From positions 9,173 to 73,172 of the forward strand of contig JALQYJ010000101.1 in assembly GCA_023254175.1 (NCBI GenBank): a DNA stretch of 64,000 bases, written 5' to 3'. The translations under genes were made by a program, and so were the position numbers. Of the stretch, positions 30,176-40,195 are shown one piece after another (position 1 is the stretch's first letter; each line of letters opens with the position of its first letter). Source of the stretch: Runella sp. Its GTDB lineage: Bacteria > Bacteroidota > Bacteroidia > Cytophagales > Spirosomataceae. The notes beneath the pieces were generated by a model. It did not search any database. It had not been told where the DNA came from and saw nothing but the letters and a program-made list of their open reading frames with translations.

Positions 30176-32410
30176 ATGAGAGTTTTACTTCTAATATGTT
30201 TGCCCTTTTTTACTTTTGCTCAAACTGCACCGCCTTATCAAGTTAAGTTTACGAACGAGAAAATAAAAATTGATGGAGTTCTTGATGAACAAATGTGGGC
30301 TACTGTTCCTACAATTGGAACGTTCTGGCAGTACTTCCCGTCAGATACACTCAAGGCAGTTTACAAAACAGAGGTCAAGTTGGCATTTGATGACAAAAAT
30401 ATCTATGTCAGTGCCAAATGCTATGCACGAGATAAGAAATACGTGGTTTTGTCGTATCGTCGGGATTATCGAGCAGGAAGCAACGATAACGTGAGTTTTG
30501 TATTTGATACCTTCAATGACCGCACCAATGCCTTTCTATTCGGTACCAATCCTCTGGGCGTCATGCGGGAGGCATTGCTGTATAACGGAGCAACAGATAA
30601 TACGTTTTTCAGTGAATTTTGGGATAACAAATGGACGGCAGAGTCGAAGATTTATGATAACTACTGGACGACCGAAGTAGCTATTCCTTTCACAACTTTG
30701 CGTTTTAAAGAAGGAACAACGCAATGGATGTTTAAAAGTTACCGTTTTGATACCCAAATCAATGAGCAAAGTACGGTAGTTCAAATACCCCAAAATCAAT
30801 TGATTATGAATTTGGGGTATTCTATTCCTATTGTTTTTGAAAAACCACTTCGTAAAACGGGGGCAAACATTTCGTTGATTCCGTACATTGCAGCGGGTAA
30901 TTCACAGGATTTTGTTAATCCGAAAAACCCCAACAATGGCACTCGTTTTAACGTGGGGGGAGATGCCAAAATTGCAGTGACGTCGGGACTAAATTTGGAC
31001 TTGACCGTCAATCCTGACTTTTCGAATGTTGAAGCCGACCGCCAAATAATCAATCTCACTCGTTTTGATATAAACCTTCCCGAGCAGCGTCAGTTTTTTC
31101 TCGAAAACTCCGATTTGTTTTCAGGATTTGGTAGCTACGTTATCAACCCCTTTTTACCCCCGCAGGGGAATTTAGGCGGTGCGGGAAACCAAATTTTAAG
31201 TCCCTTTTTCTCCCGTCAAATCGGTATTGCCAAAGATTCGACGACAGGCCTTGGCGTCCCGAATCGTATTGTGTATGGAGCGCGCTTGAGTGGTAAGTTG
31301 GATGATAACTGGCGAGTAGGTTTGCTGAATGCCCAAACCGCTGATGATGAGTTTAAGGGAATTTCGGGCGCTAATTTTGCTGTGGCGTCGGTGCAGCGGA
31401 AGGTGTTTAGCCGTTCGAATATTGCGGCGATTTTTGTCAATAAACAAACCTTACATCCCGAAATGGGTCGAAATTTGTCAAGCTTTAACCGTGTGGGAGG
31501 CTTAGAGTATAATTTCACTTCACAAGATAGCCGTTGGCAGGGTAAAGCGTATTATCACCAGTCATTCAGTGAAAATAAACAGAAAGATGCGTTTGCCAAC
31601 GGTTTTTCGTTGATGTACAGTGTACTCAAATACACATTCCGCTGGGCGCACGATTGGGTAGGAAAAGGCTACGATGCCGAAGTAGGCTTTGTGCCGCGTA
31701 AGGACTTTTTGCGAATTAATCCAACGCTCGGATTTTCGTTTTATCCCCGAACACGCTTGGTCAATCGGTACAGTGTAGGAGTGGCACTGGAGCAATATTC
31801 GATGCCTAAAGTGGGGGTTACTGACCGTACAGCTGGGCCATTTTTGTCGATGTCGTTTCAAAGTTCGGCACGAATGCTCCTTTCGTTGAACCAAAATTAC
31901 ACTTACCTTTTCTCTGATTTTGATGCTTTACGAAGCAATGGGAAATTACCATCGTTACGAAAAGGAGGAAGTTATACCTATTACAATGCCTCATTGAATT
32001 ACTTCTCTGACCAGCGCAAAAAATGGTGGTTGTTTGCCCAACCGCTCATTGGACAGTATTACGATGGAACAATTATCAGTTTAGCGGGTTCTATTAACTA
32101 CCGTTACCAACCTTATATCGCGTTGGCCATGAACTTTACCTACAACCGCATCAACCTCCCGATTGGCGATAACAATGTGTTTTTGTTGGGGCCACGGTTA
32201 GACTGGACGTTTTCAAAAAAAGTGTTTTTGACGACCTTTTTACAGTACAACAGTCAGTTTGAGAACATGAACATTAATACCCGTTTTCAATGGCGTTTTG
32301 CGCCCGTATCGGATTTCTTTTTGGTGTATATCGACAATTACAATACAGCCAATGGCCAATCAAGAAACCGCTCAATTCAGGCAAAATTGACTTATTGGTT
32401 CAATTTGTAG
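30176..32410 (+). CDS. DUF5916 protein: CBM9-like N-terminal domain plus beta-barrel
   Basis: IKIDGVLDE.MW, W.TEVAIPF.TLRF, LDLTVNPDFSNVE, E.RQFFLEN, terminal KLTYWFNL. Confidence 0.8.
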   Translation: MRVLLLICLPFFTFAQTAPPYQVKFTNEKIKIDGVLDEQMWATVPTIGTFWQYFPSDTLKAVYKTEVKLAFDDKNIYVSAKCYARDKKYVVLSYRRDYRAGSNDNVSFVFDTFNDRTNAFLFGTNPLGVMREALLYNGATDNTFFSEFWDNKWTAESKIYDNYWTTEVAIPFTTLRFKEGTTQWMFKSYRFDTQINEQSTVVQIPQNQLIMNLGYSIPIVFEKPLRKTGANISLIPYIAAGNSQDFVNPKNPNNGTRFNVGGDAKIAVTSGLNLDLTVNPDFSNVEADRQIINLTRFDINLPEQRQFFLENSDLFSGFGSYVINPFLPPQGNLGGAGNQILSPFFSRQIGIAKDSTTGLGVPNRIVYGARLSGKLDDNWRVGLLNAQTADDEFKGISGANFAVASVQRKVFSRSNIAAIFVNKQTLHPEMGRNLSSFNRVGGLEYNFTSQDSRWQGKAYYHQSFSENKQKDAFANGFSLMYSVLKYTFRWAHDWVGKGYDAEVGFVPRKDFLRINPTLGFSFYPRTRLVNRYSVGVALEQYSMPKVGVTDRTAGPFLSMSFQSSARMLLSLNQNYTYLFSDFDALRSNGKLPSLRKGGSYTYYNASLNYFSDQRKKWWLFAQPLIGQYYDGTIISLAGSINYRYQPYIALAMNFTYNRINLPIGDNNVFLLGPRLDWTFSKKVFLTTFLQYNSQFENMNINTRFQWRFAPVSDFFLVYIDNYNTANGQSRNRSIQAKLTYWFNL

Positions 32411-32465
32411 ATAGGATACCAATGGCAAATCTAATTCAACCCGCTGTTATTCGGCGAATCTAACG

Positions 32466-32473
32466 TAATTTTG
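32466..32473 (+). promoter_or_regulatory. -7 promoter box upstream of lepA
   Basis: TAATTTTG, 43 nt before the ATG. Confidence 0.45.
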
Positions 32474-32516
32474 CAAACCAATTGTCTATTGGTAAGCTAG
32501 TATAACGACTTTTTTA

Positions 32517-34304
32517 ATGAAGAATATTCGTAATTTTTGCATTATTGCCCACATTGACCACGGCAAGAGTACCTTAGCCGACCGCTTGTTGGAGTTTACC
32601 AAAACGGTTTCTGACCGTCAGATGCAGGCCCAGCTGTTGGACGATATGGATTTGGAGCGGGAGCGGGGTATCACTATCAAGAGCCACGCCATCCAGATGG
32701 ATTATATGTACAAGGGGGAAAAATATACCTTGAACCTCATTGATACACCAGGTCACGTGGATTTTAGCTACGAGGTGTCGCGCTCGATTGCGGCCTGTGA
32801 AGGAGCTCTTCTTTTGGTGGACGCGTCGCAAGGGGTAGAGGCTCAGACAATTTCTAACCTTTACTTGGCCATGAACCAAGGGTTGGTTATCATTCCTGTA
32901 TTAAACAAAATCGACCTTCCTGGTGCGATGCCTGAAGAGGTAAAAGATGAGATGGAAGACCTCCTCGCTTGCGACCGCGACGATATCATTCCTGCGTCGG
33001 GTAAAGCAGGTATCGGGATTGAAGATATTCTCAATGCCATTGTTGAGCGCATCCCTGCGCCATCAGGGAATCCCAATATAGAGCTTCAAGCGTTGATTTT
33101 TGACTCAGTTTTTAACTCATACCGTGGAATTGAGGTAATTTTCCGCGTTCAAAACGGAAGTATTCGTAAAGGCGACAAAGTAAAATTTGTGGCTACGGGT
33201 AAGGAATACAACGCGGATGAAATTGGAACTCTGCGCCTCGAAAAAGAACCCAAAGATGTCATTGAATGTGGTGACGTAGGCTACTTGATTTCGGGAATTA
33301 AAGTAGCCAAAGAAGTAAAAGTAGGAGATACCATTACCCATACCGAAAGACCTTCTAAAGAACCTATTAAGGGTTTTGAAGAGGTAAAACCAATGGTATT
33401 TGCGGGATTATATCCTGTCGAAACCAGCGAGTTTGAAGAAATGCGCGAAGCGATGGAAAAACTCCAGCTCAACGATGCAGCCTTGGTGTGGGAACCTGAA
33501 ACATCGGCGGCCCTAGGTTTCGGATTTCGCTGTGGGTTCTTGGGAATGCTCCACATGGAGATTGTACAAGAGCGTTTGGAGCGTGAGTTTGACATGACGG
33601 TTATCACGACTGTGCCATCTGTGAAGTTTAAGGTAGTGACGACCAAAGGTGCTGACTTAGAAGTGAGTGCTCCTTCTGAAATGCCCGAACCTACGTATAT
33701 TTCGTGGATAGAAGAACCTTTTATCAAGGCTCAAATCATCACGAAATCGGAATACATTGGCGCTATTTTGAAGCTGTGTATGGACAAACGTGGTTTGTTG
33801 AAAAATCAAAATTACCTGACTGCTGAGCGCGTTGAATTGATTTTTGAGATGCCGCTGGCCGAGGTAGTTTTTGATTTCTTTGATAAATTGAAAACCATTT
33901 CTCGCGGTTATGCGTCCCTTGACTATGAGTTGCTCGATTACCGAGAATCAGACATGATTAAGCTAGACGTAATGCTCAACGGTGACGGAGTGGATGCACT
34001 TTCGGCTATTGTGCACCGTACAAAGGCTTACGAATGGGGGAAAAAACTTTGCGAAAAACTGCGGGAATTGATACCGCGTCAAATGTTTGAAATCGCTATC
34101 CAAGCGGCAATTGGCCAAAAAATCATTGCCCGTGAAACGGTAAAAGCGATGCGGAAAGACGTATTGGCAAAATGTTACGGAGGAGATATTTCGCGTAAAC
34201 GTAAATTGTTGGAAAAACAGAAAAAAGGAAAGAAACGAATGCGTCAAGTGGGCAGCGTAGAAATTCCTCAAGAAGCATTTATGGCGGTGTTGAAGATTAA
34301 TTAA
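32517..34304 (+). CDS. lepA: Elongation factor 4
   Basis: [56 protein letters not shown]. Confidence 0.98.
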   Translation: MKNIRNFCIIAHIDHGKSTLADRLLEFTKTVSDRQMQAQLLDDMDLERERGITIKSHAIQMDYMYKGEKYTLNLIDTPGHVDFSYEVSRSIAACEGALLLVDASQGVEAQTISNLYLAMNQGLVIIPVLNKIDLPGAMPEEVKDEMEDLLACDRDDIIPASGKAGIGIEDILNAIVERIPAPSGNPNIELQALIFDSVFNSYRGIEVIFRVQNGSIRKGDKVKFVATGKEYNADEIGTLRLEKEPKDVIECGDVGYLISGIKVAKEVKVGDTITHTERPSKEPIKGFEEVKPMVFAGLYPVETSEFEEMREAMEKLQLNDAALVWEPETSAALGFGFRCGFLGMLHMEIVQERLEREFDMTVITTVPSVKFKVVTTKGADLEVSAPSEMPEPTYISWIEEPFIKAQIITKSEYIGAILKLCMDKRGLLKNQNYLTAERVELIFEMPLAEVVFDFFDKLKTISRGYASLDYELLDYRESDMIKLDVMLNGDGVDALSAIVHRTKAYEWGKKLCEKLRELIPRQMFEIAIQAAIGQKIIARETVKAMRKDVLAKCYGGDISRKRKLLEKQKKGKKRMRQVGSVEIPQEAFMAVLKIN

Positions 34305-34325
34305 TGATTTTAAACACACTTATTT

Positions 34326-34768
34326 ATGGGATTGCCAGAACACAACCACTACTACACAGTGGCAGAATACCTTGAACTGGAATGCCAAACAGGCATCAAG
34401 TACCAGTACGATGGGGGAGAAGTGTTTACAATGGCAGGAGGAACAACTGAGCACAGCCTTATTGGAAACAATGTCGGAGGTGAGTTACGCCGTGCTTTAT
34501 TGTGGAAGTGCTTTCTGAAAGTTCAGAATCCCATGACCGAGGTAAAAAATTTAAAAACTATCGTCAAATTGCTACTTTTCAGGAGTATGTGTTGATTGAA
34601 CAACGATTTCCTTTGGTAGAAGTTTTTTACAAAGTAGATGATAAAACTTGGGAGTATAGATTTTATGAACAACTCGACTAAATTGTCGTATTGTCAGCCA
34701 TCCAAGCCGAAATTCCAATGGAAGAAATATACAGCGGAATAACCTTTGAATCCCCAAAGTCAAACTAA
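34326..34768 (+). pseudogene. Uma2-family endonuclease pseudogene (internal deletion, frameshift, premature stop)
   Basis: YTVAEYLELE..KYQYDGGEVFTMAGGT.EH, then another frame from 34499: IVEVLSESSESHDRGKKFKNYRQIATFQEYVLIEQ; TAA at 34679-34681; tail IPMEEIYSGITF. Confidence 0.85.
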
Positions 34769-34861
34769 TTCCCAAAGAAGGTGACGATTTTTGCGTGATT
34801 CTACTAATTTTGACCCTTGAAACTTAAAGAAAAAAAGATTCCCTATTCATACCCACTCACT

Positions 34862-36484
34862 ATGGCAGAAGTAATCCGAATGCCCAAAATGTCTGATACA
34901 ATGACCGAAGGGGTCATTGCGGCTTGGCACAAAAAAGTAGGAGATGTAATCAAATCAGGTGATATTATCGCCGAAGTAGAAACTGACAAAGCGACCATGG
35001 ACATGGAGTCGTACCAAGAAGGTACACTCCTTTACATTGGCGTAGAAAAAGGGTCGGCTGTACCCGTAGATGGTATTCTTGCTATTATCGGAGCTCCAGG
35101 CGAAGACTATCAAGCATTGTTGGGCGGCGGAGCTGCTCCTGTCCCTGCTGAAACTCTCGCCGCTCCTGCTCCACAGGAAGTAGCTGCACCAACGCCTGCT
35201 CCTGCTGCGGTAGCTGCACTAGCAGCTCCCGTAAATGCAACTGTGGTACGCATGCCTAAAATGTCGGATACAATGACCGAAGGGGTGCTTGTAGCATGGT
35301 TGAAAAAAGTAGGAGACGTAGTGAAGCCTGGCGACATTATTGCCGAAGTTGAAACCGATAAAGCAACAATGGAACTTGAAAACTATGAAGACGGAACGCT
35401 TCTTCATCTAGGAGTGAAAGAAGGCGAAGCTGTACCTGTTGATGGTATTATTGCTATCATCGGTGAAGCAGGTGTCGACTATCAATCTCTTCTAAGTCCA
35501 CAAGCTGCTAGTACACCAGTGCCAGCCGCACCAGTAGAAGTGCCTTCTGCTACAGCAGTGCCAGCAGCTGCAACAAGCGCAGACGGACGTATTAAGGCTT
35601 CTCCGTTGGCAAAAGCACTTGCCAAAGATAAAGGCGTTGATTTAAGCCAAATCGTTGGTTCTGGTGAAGGCGGTCGTATTGTCAAAAAAGACATTGATGG
35701 CGTTTCGGCAGGTAGTACTTCGCAACCAGCAGTTAGCAGCCAGCCAGTAGTTATAAAAGCAGAACCAGCCGCACCAGCTGTGGCGGCGGCTCCTGCGGTT
35801 GGAGACTTTGAAGATACTCCTGTATCGCAAATGCGTAAGACGATTGCTCGTCGTTTGAGCGAGAGTCTATTTACTGCTCCACATTTCTACCTTACCATGG
35901 AAATTACCATGGATAAAGCCATGGAATTGCGCGGTAAAATCAACGAAGTTAGCCCTGTGAAAGTGTCGTTCAACGATATGGTCATTAAGGCGGCAGCGTT
36001 GGCACTTAAGCAACATCCTGCTATCAACTCGGCATGGTTAGGCGATAAAATCCGTAAATACAACTACGTTAATGTTGGGGTAGCAGTAGCGGTTGATGAA
36101 GGTTTGTTGGTCCCTGTGGTTCGAGATGCTGACAAGAAAACCCTTTCTGTCATTGCAAGCGAAGTGAAAGACATGGCAGGAAAAGCAAAAGATAAAAAAT
36201 TACAACCTAAAGACTGGGAAGGTAATACATTCTCAATTTCCAACCTAGGTATGTTTGGAATCGACGAGTTTACGGCCATCATTAACCCACCAGATTCGTG
36301 TATCATGGCCGTAGGAGGTATCAAGAAAGTAGCGGCTTTCAAAGAAGATGGCAGTATCTATCCTACCAATATCATGAAAGTTACCCTTTCGTGTGACCAC
36401 CGTGTGGTAGATGGTGCTACGGGTTCTGCTTTTTTACAAACATTCAAGAAGTTGTTGGAAAACCCACTCGGAATGTTGGTTTAG
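34862..36484 (+). CDS. pdhC: Pyruvate dehydrogenase E2 (dihydrolipoamide acetyltransferase), two lipoyl domains
   Basis: Two MPKMSDTMTEG...EVETDKATM repeats, ASPLAK binding domain, DHRVVDG; start refined to 34862. Confidence 0.95.
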   Translation: MAEVIRMPKMSDTMTEGVIAAWHKKVGDVIKSGDIIAEVETDKATMDMESYQEGTLLYIGVEKGSAVPVDGILAIIGAPGEDYQALLGGGAAPVPAETLAAPAPQEVAAPTPAPAAVAALAAPVNATVVRMPKMSDTMTEGVLVAWLKKVGDVVKPGDIIAEVETDKATMELENYEDGTLLHLGVKEGEAVPVDGIIAIIGEAGVDYQSLLSPQAASTPVPAAPVEVPSATAVPAAATSADGRIKASPLAKALAKDKGVDLSQIVGSGEGGRIVKKDIDGVSAGSTSQPAVSSQPVVIKAEPAAPAVAAAPAVGDFEDTPVSQMRKTIARRLSESLFTAPHFYLTMEITMDKAMELRGKINEVSPVKVSFNDMVIKAAALALKQHPAINSAWLGDKIRKYNYVNVGVAVAVDEGLLVPVVRDADKKTLSVIASEVKDMAGKAKDKKLQPKDWEGNTFSISNLGMFGIDEFTAIINPPDSCIMAVGGIKKVAAFKEDGSIYPTNIMKVTLSCDHRVVDGATGSAFLQTFKKLLENPLGMLV

Positions 36485-36508
36485 CATTTTGAAACCATTT
36501 GTAAAAAT

Positions 36509-37051
36509 ATGCAACCAATTCATGCCACTACAGTAGTGGGAATCATTCATAACGGAGAGGTAGTTGTAGGAGCTGATGGGCAAGCTACCATGGGCAATAC
36601 CGTTGCCAAAAGCAATGTTCGTAAAGTAAGAAGCTTAGCGGGCGGAAAAGTTATTGCTGGTTTTGCAGGTTCCACAGCCGATGCTTTTACCTTGATGGAG
36701 CGTTTTGAGGAAAAACTCAATGCATACAGTGGAAACTTAAAGCGAGCGGCTATTGAATTGGCAAAGGACTGGCGTACTGATCGCTATTTGCGCCGCTTAG
36801 AAGCCATGATGATTGTCGCAGGGAAGGGCGAGTTACTTGTCATTTCAGGCACAGGTGATGTTTTGGAGCCTGACAATCAAGTCGCGGCGATTGGGTCTGG
36901 GTCTATGTTTGCGCAATCGGCTGCATTGGCACTCAAAAAACACGCACAGCACCTTACTGCCGAAGAAATGGTTCGTGAAAGTTTGCACATCGCTGCTGAT
37001 ATTTGCATTTATACCAACCATAATTTAGTGGTGGAAAAAGTTAACGGCTAA
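36509..37051 (+). CDS. hslV: ATP-dependent protease peptidase subunit HslV
   Basis: [37 protein letters not shown]. Confidence 0.95.
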   Translation: MQPIHATTVVGIIHNGEVVVGADGQATMGNTVAKSNVRKVRSLAGGKVIAGFAGSTADAFTLMERFEEKLNAYSGNLKRAAIELAKDWRTDRYLRRLEAMMIVAGKGELLVISGTGDVLEPDNQVAAIGSGSMFAQSAALALKKHAQHLTAEEMVRESLHIAADICIYTNHNLVVEKVNG

Positions 37052-37081
37052 TTCAATAGATGCGACATCGTTTTTTAATTA

Positions 37082-37113
37082 AAGTGCCTCGTCAACTCAA
37101 TGACGAGGCGCTT
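37082..37113 (+). terminator. Intrinsic terminator after hslV
   Basis: AAGTGCCTCGTCA-actcaa-TGACGAGGCGCTT then GTCGTTTTT. Confidence 0.7.
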
Positions 37114-37444
37114 GTCGTTTTTATGGTTTGTAAGTTAAAGAAAAATGGCTGTAGAGCTGAGCGGTGTTATAATGCTAGAAAAAGTGATAAACTGTCTTAT
37201 TAGCGGTTTGAAACAGAAATTCTATGTGATATAGTTTCACATTGGTATTTAGTAATTTAGGCAACCGACATTGTAGCGTTGGCGAAGATTCAGGGAATTG
37301 ATGGCAATCAAATCATGGCTGCCGAAGGGAAGGACACACCTCGCTCGGAGATACTTACTACGAAACCTTTTTTAATGGACTTCAACAAAAAATAGTCGCT
37401 TCTAAAAAGTAGTTACTACCTTCGTTTTATTTTCTGTTTAAATT

Positions 37445-38005
37445 ATGAAATACTTGATTGTCGGCCTTGGAAATATAGGCCCTGAATATGCTTTAACCCG
37501 ACATAATGTCGGCTTTATGGTGCTTGACCGTCTCGCTGCGCAACACGATTTTAAGTTTACTATGCAAAAACTCGCTTACACAGCAGAGTTTAAGTATAAG
37601 GGGCGACAAATCTATTTCATTAAACCCACCACTTACATGAACCTCAGTGGGAAGGCATTGCGCTATTACATGGATGCCTTCAAAGTGCCTTTGGAAAACG
37701 TGATGGTCATTACGGACGAAATCCAATTGCCACAAGGTAAAATCAGAATTAAACCCAAAGGCTCGAATGGAGGGCATAATGGACTGCGCAATATTGAAGA
37801 ATTGCTGGGTACGCAAGAATACGTTCGAATGCGCTTCGGAGTAGGAAGTGATTTTCCGCGCGGACAGCAGGTTAAGTATGTTTTAAGTAATTTTCCAGAA
37901 GTTAGTTTTGAAGAATTACTTATTGATTTGGATCGCGCTGGCGACGCAGTACTCAATTTTTGTACTTTAGGAATACAAAATACGATGAACAATTTCAATC
38001 AATGA
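37445..38005 (+). CDS. pth: Peptidyl-tRNA hydrolase
   Basis: IVGLGNIG, TRHNVGF, KPTTYMNLSG, GGHNGL. Confidence 0.96.
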   Translation: MKYLIVGLGNIGPEYALTRHNVGFMVLDRLAAQHDFKFTMQKLAYTAEFKYKGRQIYFIKPTTYMNLSGKALRYYMDAFKVPLENVMVITDEIQLPQGKIRIKPKGSNGGHNGLRNIEELLGTQEYVRMRFGVGSDFPRGQQVKYVLSNFPEVSFEELLIDLDRAGDAVLNFCTLGIQNTMNNFNQ

Positions 38006-38246
38006 TTGTATTTTTTGAAGAATTTTATTTTTATGTTAAAAAAAATTTTATCGACATTTTATTTTTTTAACCAAAATAAAATTCTGACAAAAATCATAAA
38101 TCTTCCTTATACTGTTCCTAAAACCCTTATTTATAGAAGTATAGTCGAAAGATTGTTTTAATTTGTATAAATCGAAAATTTGCAGATTAAAAATTTATCC
38201 CGACCTTTGTATCGTTCAATAAGCAAAAGCAAAATTGAACTTTATT

Positions 38247-38556
38247 ATGAAGGTAACAGTCAAGCCATTTATATTTACAATTGTATAAGGCATTTGAGTA
38301 GTATATCAATGAGCAGTATACGCCTTTCGTAGAGCAAGAAGATTGCAAGGCTTTTGTAGAAACTGTAACTTATTATAACAACTTTCCGTCTAAGTTTTTA
38401 AATGTAGATGTTGAAAAGCAAAAGCAGTTTAGAAATGCAGTTAGTTTAATGATTCATTTGCTGAGTACGAGCAGTGAAGAAAATACGAAAGGCTGGTTGG
38501 AAAGTTTAAAGAAGACATCAAATAACATCAATTTTCTCTGGAAGCTAGGTAAGTGA
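38247..38556 (+). pseudogene. Degraded hypothetical gene remnant
   Basis: ATG-KVTVKPFIFTIV* followed by a start-less ~85-codon frame (YINEQYTPF...NFLWKLGK*); near-consensus box GACCTTTG upstream. Confidence 0.35.
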
Positions 38557-38682
38557 AGAGACTGAAAATCAAGTGGAACCAATTAGTTCTCTTAGTGGTT
38601 TTTAAGTAGATAGAGAGAATTTGGTATGAGATAATATTAGTTTTTTCATGTAGAAAAGGTTAAGGGTTTAGGAATAGTCAGT

Positions 38683-38714
38683 ATAAAGCCCCGCTCACGA
38701 TAGCGAGGCTTTAT
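38683..38714. terminator. Terminator after the DUF1501 gene
   Basis: ATAAAGCCCCGCT-cacgat-AGCGAGGCTTTAT. Confidence 0.7.
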
Positions 38715-38719
38715 CTTTT

Positions 38720-40192
38720 TTAGGCAATCACGTTTTTGATCACCTTCCCTGCCGTATCGGTCAGTCGGAAATTTCGTCCCTGAAATTCGTAGGTAAGTTG
38801 CTCGTGGTCAAAACCAAGTTGGTGCAAAATCGTCGCCTGTAAATCGTGAATATGCGTTCGGTCTTTGATGCCAAAATACCCTAGTTCATCGCTTTCTCCC
38901 ATACTAAATCCTCGCTTGACGCCACCTCCTGCCATCCAGCACGTAAACGCATCGGTATGGTGATCGCGGCCTTTGAAGGGCATTTTTTTGCCGTTGCGGT
39001 TTTCTTGCATCGGCGTTCGGCCAAACTCCGTTCCCCATACCACCAACGTTTCATCCAACATACCGCGTTGTTTCAAATCCAATAGTAAAGCCGTGATGGA
39101 TTGGTCGATTTGATTGATTTTATCGCGTAACCCAAATTCCAACGAAGTTCCTTTACCGTCGCCGTGGGTATCCCAGCCCCAGTCGTATAACTGTACAAAA
39201 CGAACCCCTTTTTCCACTAATTTACGTGCCAAAAGGCAGTTGTTGGCAAAAGACGATTGCCCTGGCTGTGTGCCGTAAAGTTGATGAATATAGGTGGGTT
39301 CTTTGCTAATATCCATGACCTCAGGTACCGATACTTGCATTTTGAAAGCCATTTCGTACTGAGCAATACGGGCCAGCGTTTCGGGGTCTTTAAATTCCTC
39401 GTATTGTTGTTGATTAACCGCCGTGAGGGCATCAATGGCTTTTTTGCGTAAATCTCTATCCAAACCGTTGGGGTCGCTCAAAAATAAAACAGGGTCGCCT
39501 TCGGAGCGGCATTGTACTCCTTGATATACCGAAGGTAAAAAGCCATTTCCCCAGACCGATTTTCCTGCATCGGGAGCTTTTCCGCCCGACGTAAGTACGA
39601 CAAAACCTGGCAAATTGGCGTTTTCTGAGCCTAAGCCGTACGTCACCCACGAGCCCATCGAAGGGCGGCCTAAGCGTGCACTGCCCGTGTGCATAAATAG
39701 CTGGGCAGGAGCATGGTTAAACTGGTCGGTGTACATGGCCTTCAAAAACGAAATTTCATCGGCCACTTGAGGTAAATAGGTAAAATAATCGGACATCCAC
39801 GCGCCCGATTGGCCGTGTTGCTTAAACACCCCTACCGACCCAAGCATGTCGGGTACGCCACGGATGAACGCAAATTTTTTGCCTTCCAAAAAGGAAGGAG
39901 GGCAAGGTTTACCGTCCAATTTAGCCAATTCGGGCTTATAATCCCACAGTTCAAGTTGCGACGGAGAACCGCACATGTGCAAGAAAATCACCGATTTAGC
40001 CTTAGCCGCAAAATGCGGGATTTTGACATCCAATGGATTGGTAACAGGCTGTTTTTTAGTACTTTCGTTGCCACAGCTTCCAAACATTGTTCCTAATGCC
40101 ATCATGCCTAGCCCCGACGTACATTGCTTGAGAAAATGCCGCCGAGTTTCCAACAGAGCGGATTCGAGTTGAAGTTCGTTTTGAAGTTTCAT
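38720..40192 (-). CDS. DUF1501 domain protein with Tat signal and lipobox
   Basis: TRRHFLK, MFGSC, AKSVIFLHM..SPSQ, FNHAPAQ, GVRFVQL, EFGRTP, GRDHH, HIHDLQATILH. Confidence 0.9.
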   Translation of the reverse strand: MKLQNELQLESALLETRRHFLKQCTSGLGMMALGTMFGSCGNESTKKQPVTNPLDVKIPHFAAKAKSVIFLHMCGSPSQLELWDYKPELAKLDGKPCPPSFLEGKKFAFIRGVPDMLGSVGVFKQHGQSGAWMSDYFTYLPQVADEISFLKAMYTDQFNHAPAQLFMHTGSARLGRPSMGSWVTYGLGSENANLPGFVVLTSGGKAPDAGKSVWGNGFLPSVYQGVQCRSEGDPVLFLSDPNGLDRDLRKKAIDALTAVNQQQYEEFKDPETLARIAQYEMAFKMQVSVPEVMDISKEPTYIHQLYGTQPGQSSFANNCLLARKLVEKGVRFVQLYDWGWDTHGDGKGTSLEFGLRDKINQIDQSITALLLDLKQRGMLDETLVVWGTEFGRTPMQENRNGKKMPFKGRDHHTDAFTCWMAGGGVKRGFSMGESDELGYFGIKDRTHIHDLQATILHQLGFDHEQLTYEFQGRNFRLTDTAGKVIKNVIA

Positions 40193-40195
40193 GGA

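Noticed and set aside
34862-35460. Direct DNA repeat of about 250 bp
   Set aside because: Explained by the two lipoyl domains of PdhC; ordinary
34862-37051. pdhC without pdhA/pdhB/lpd, and hslV without hslU
   Set aside because: Dispersal of these genes is common in Bacteroidota; not informative
37261-37395. Open frame and possible RNA element upstream of pth
   Set aside because: No start codon and no convincing fold or known motif; cannot support a call
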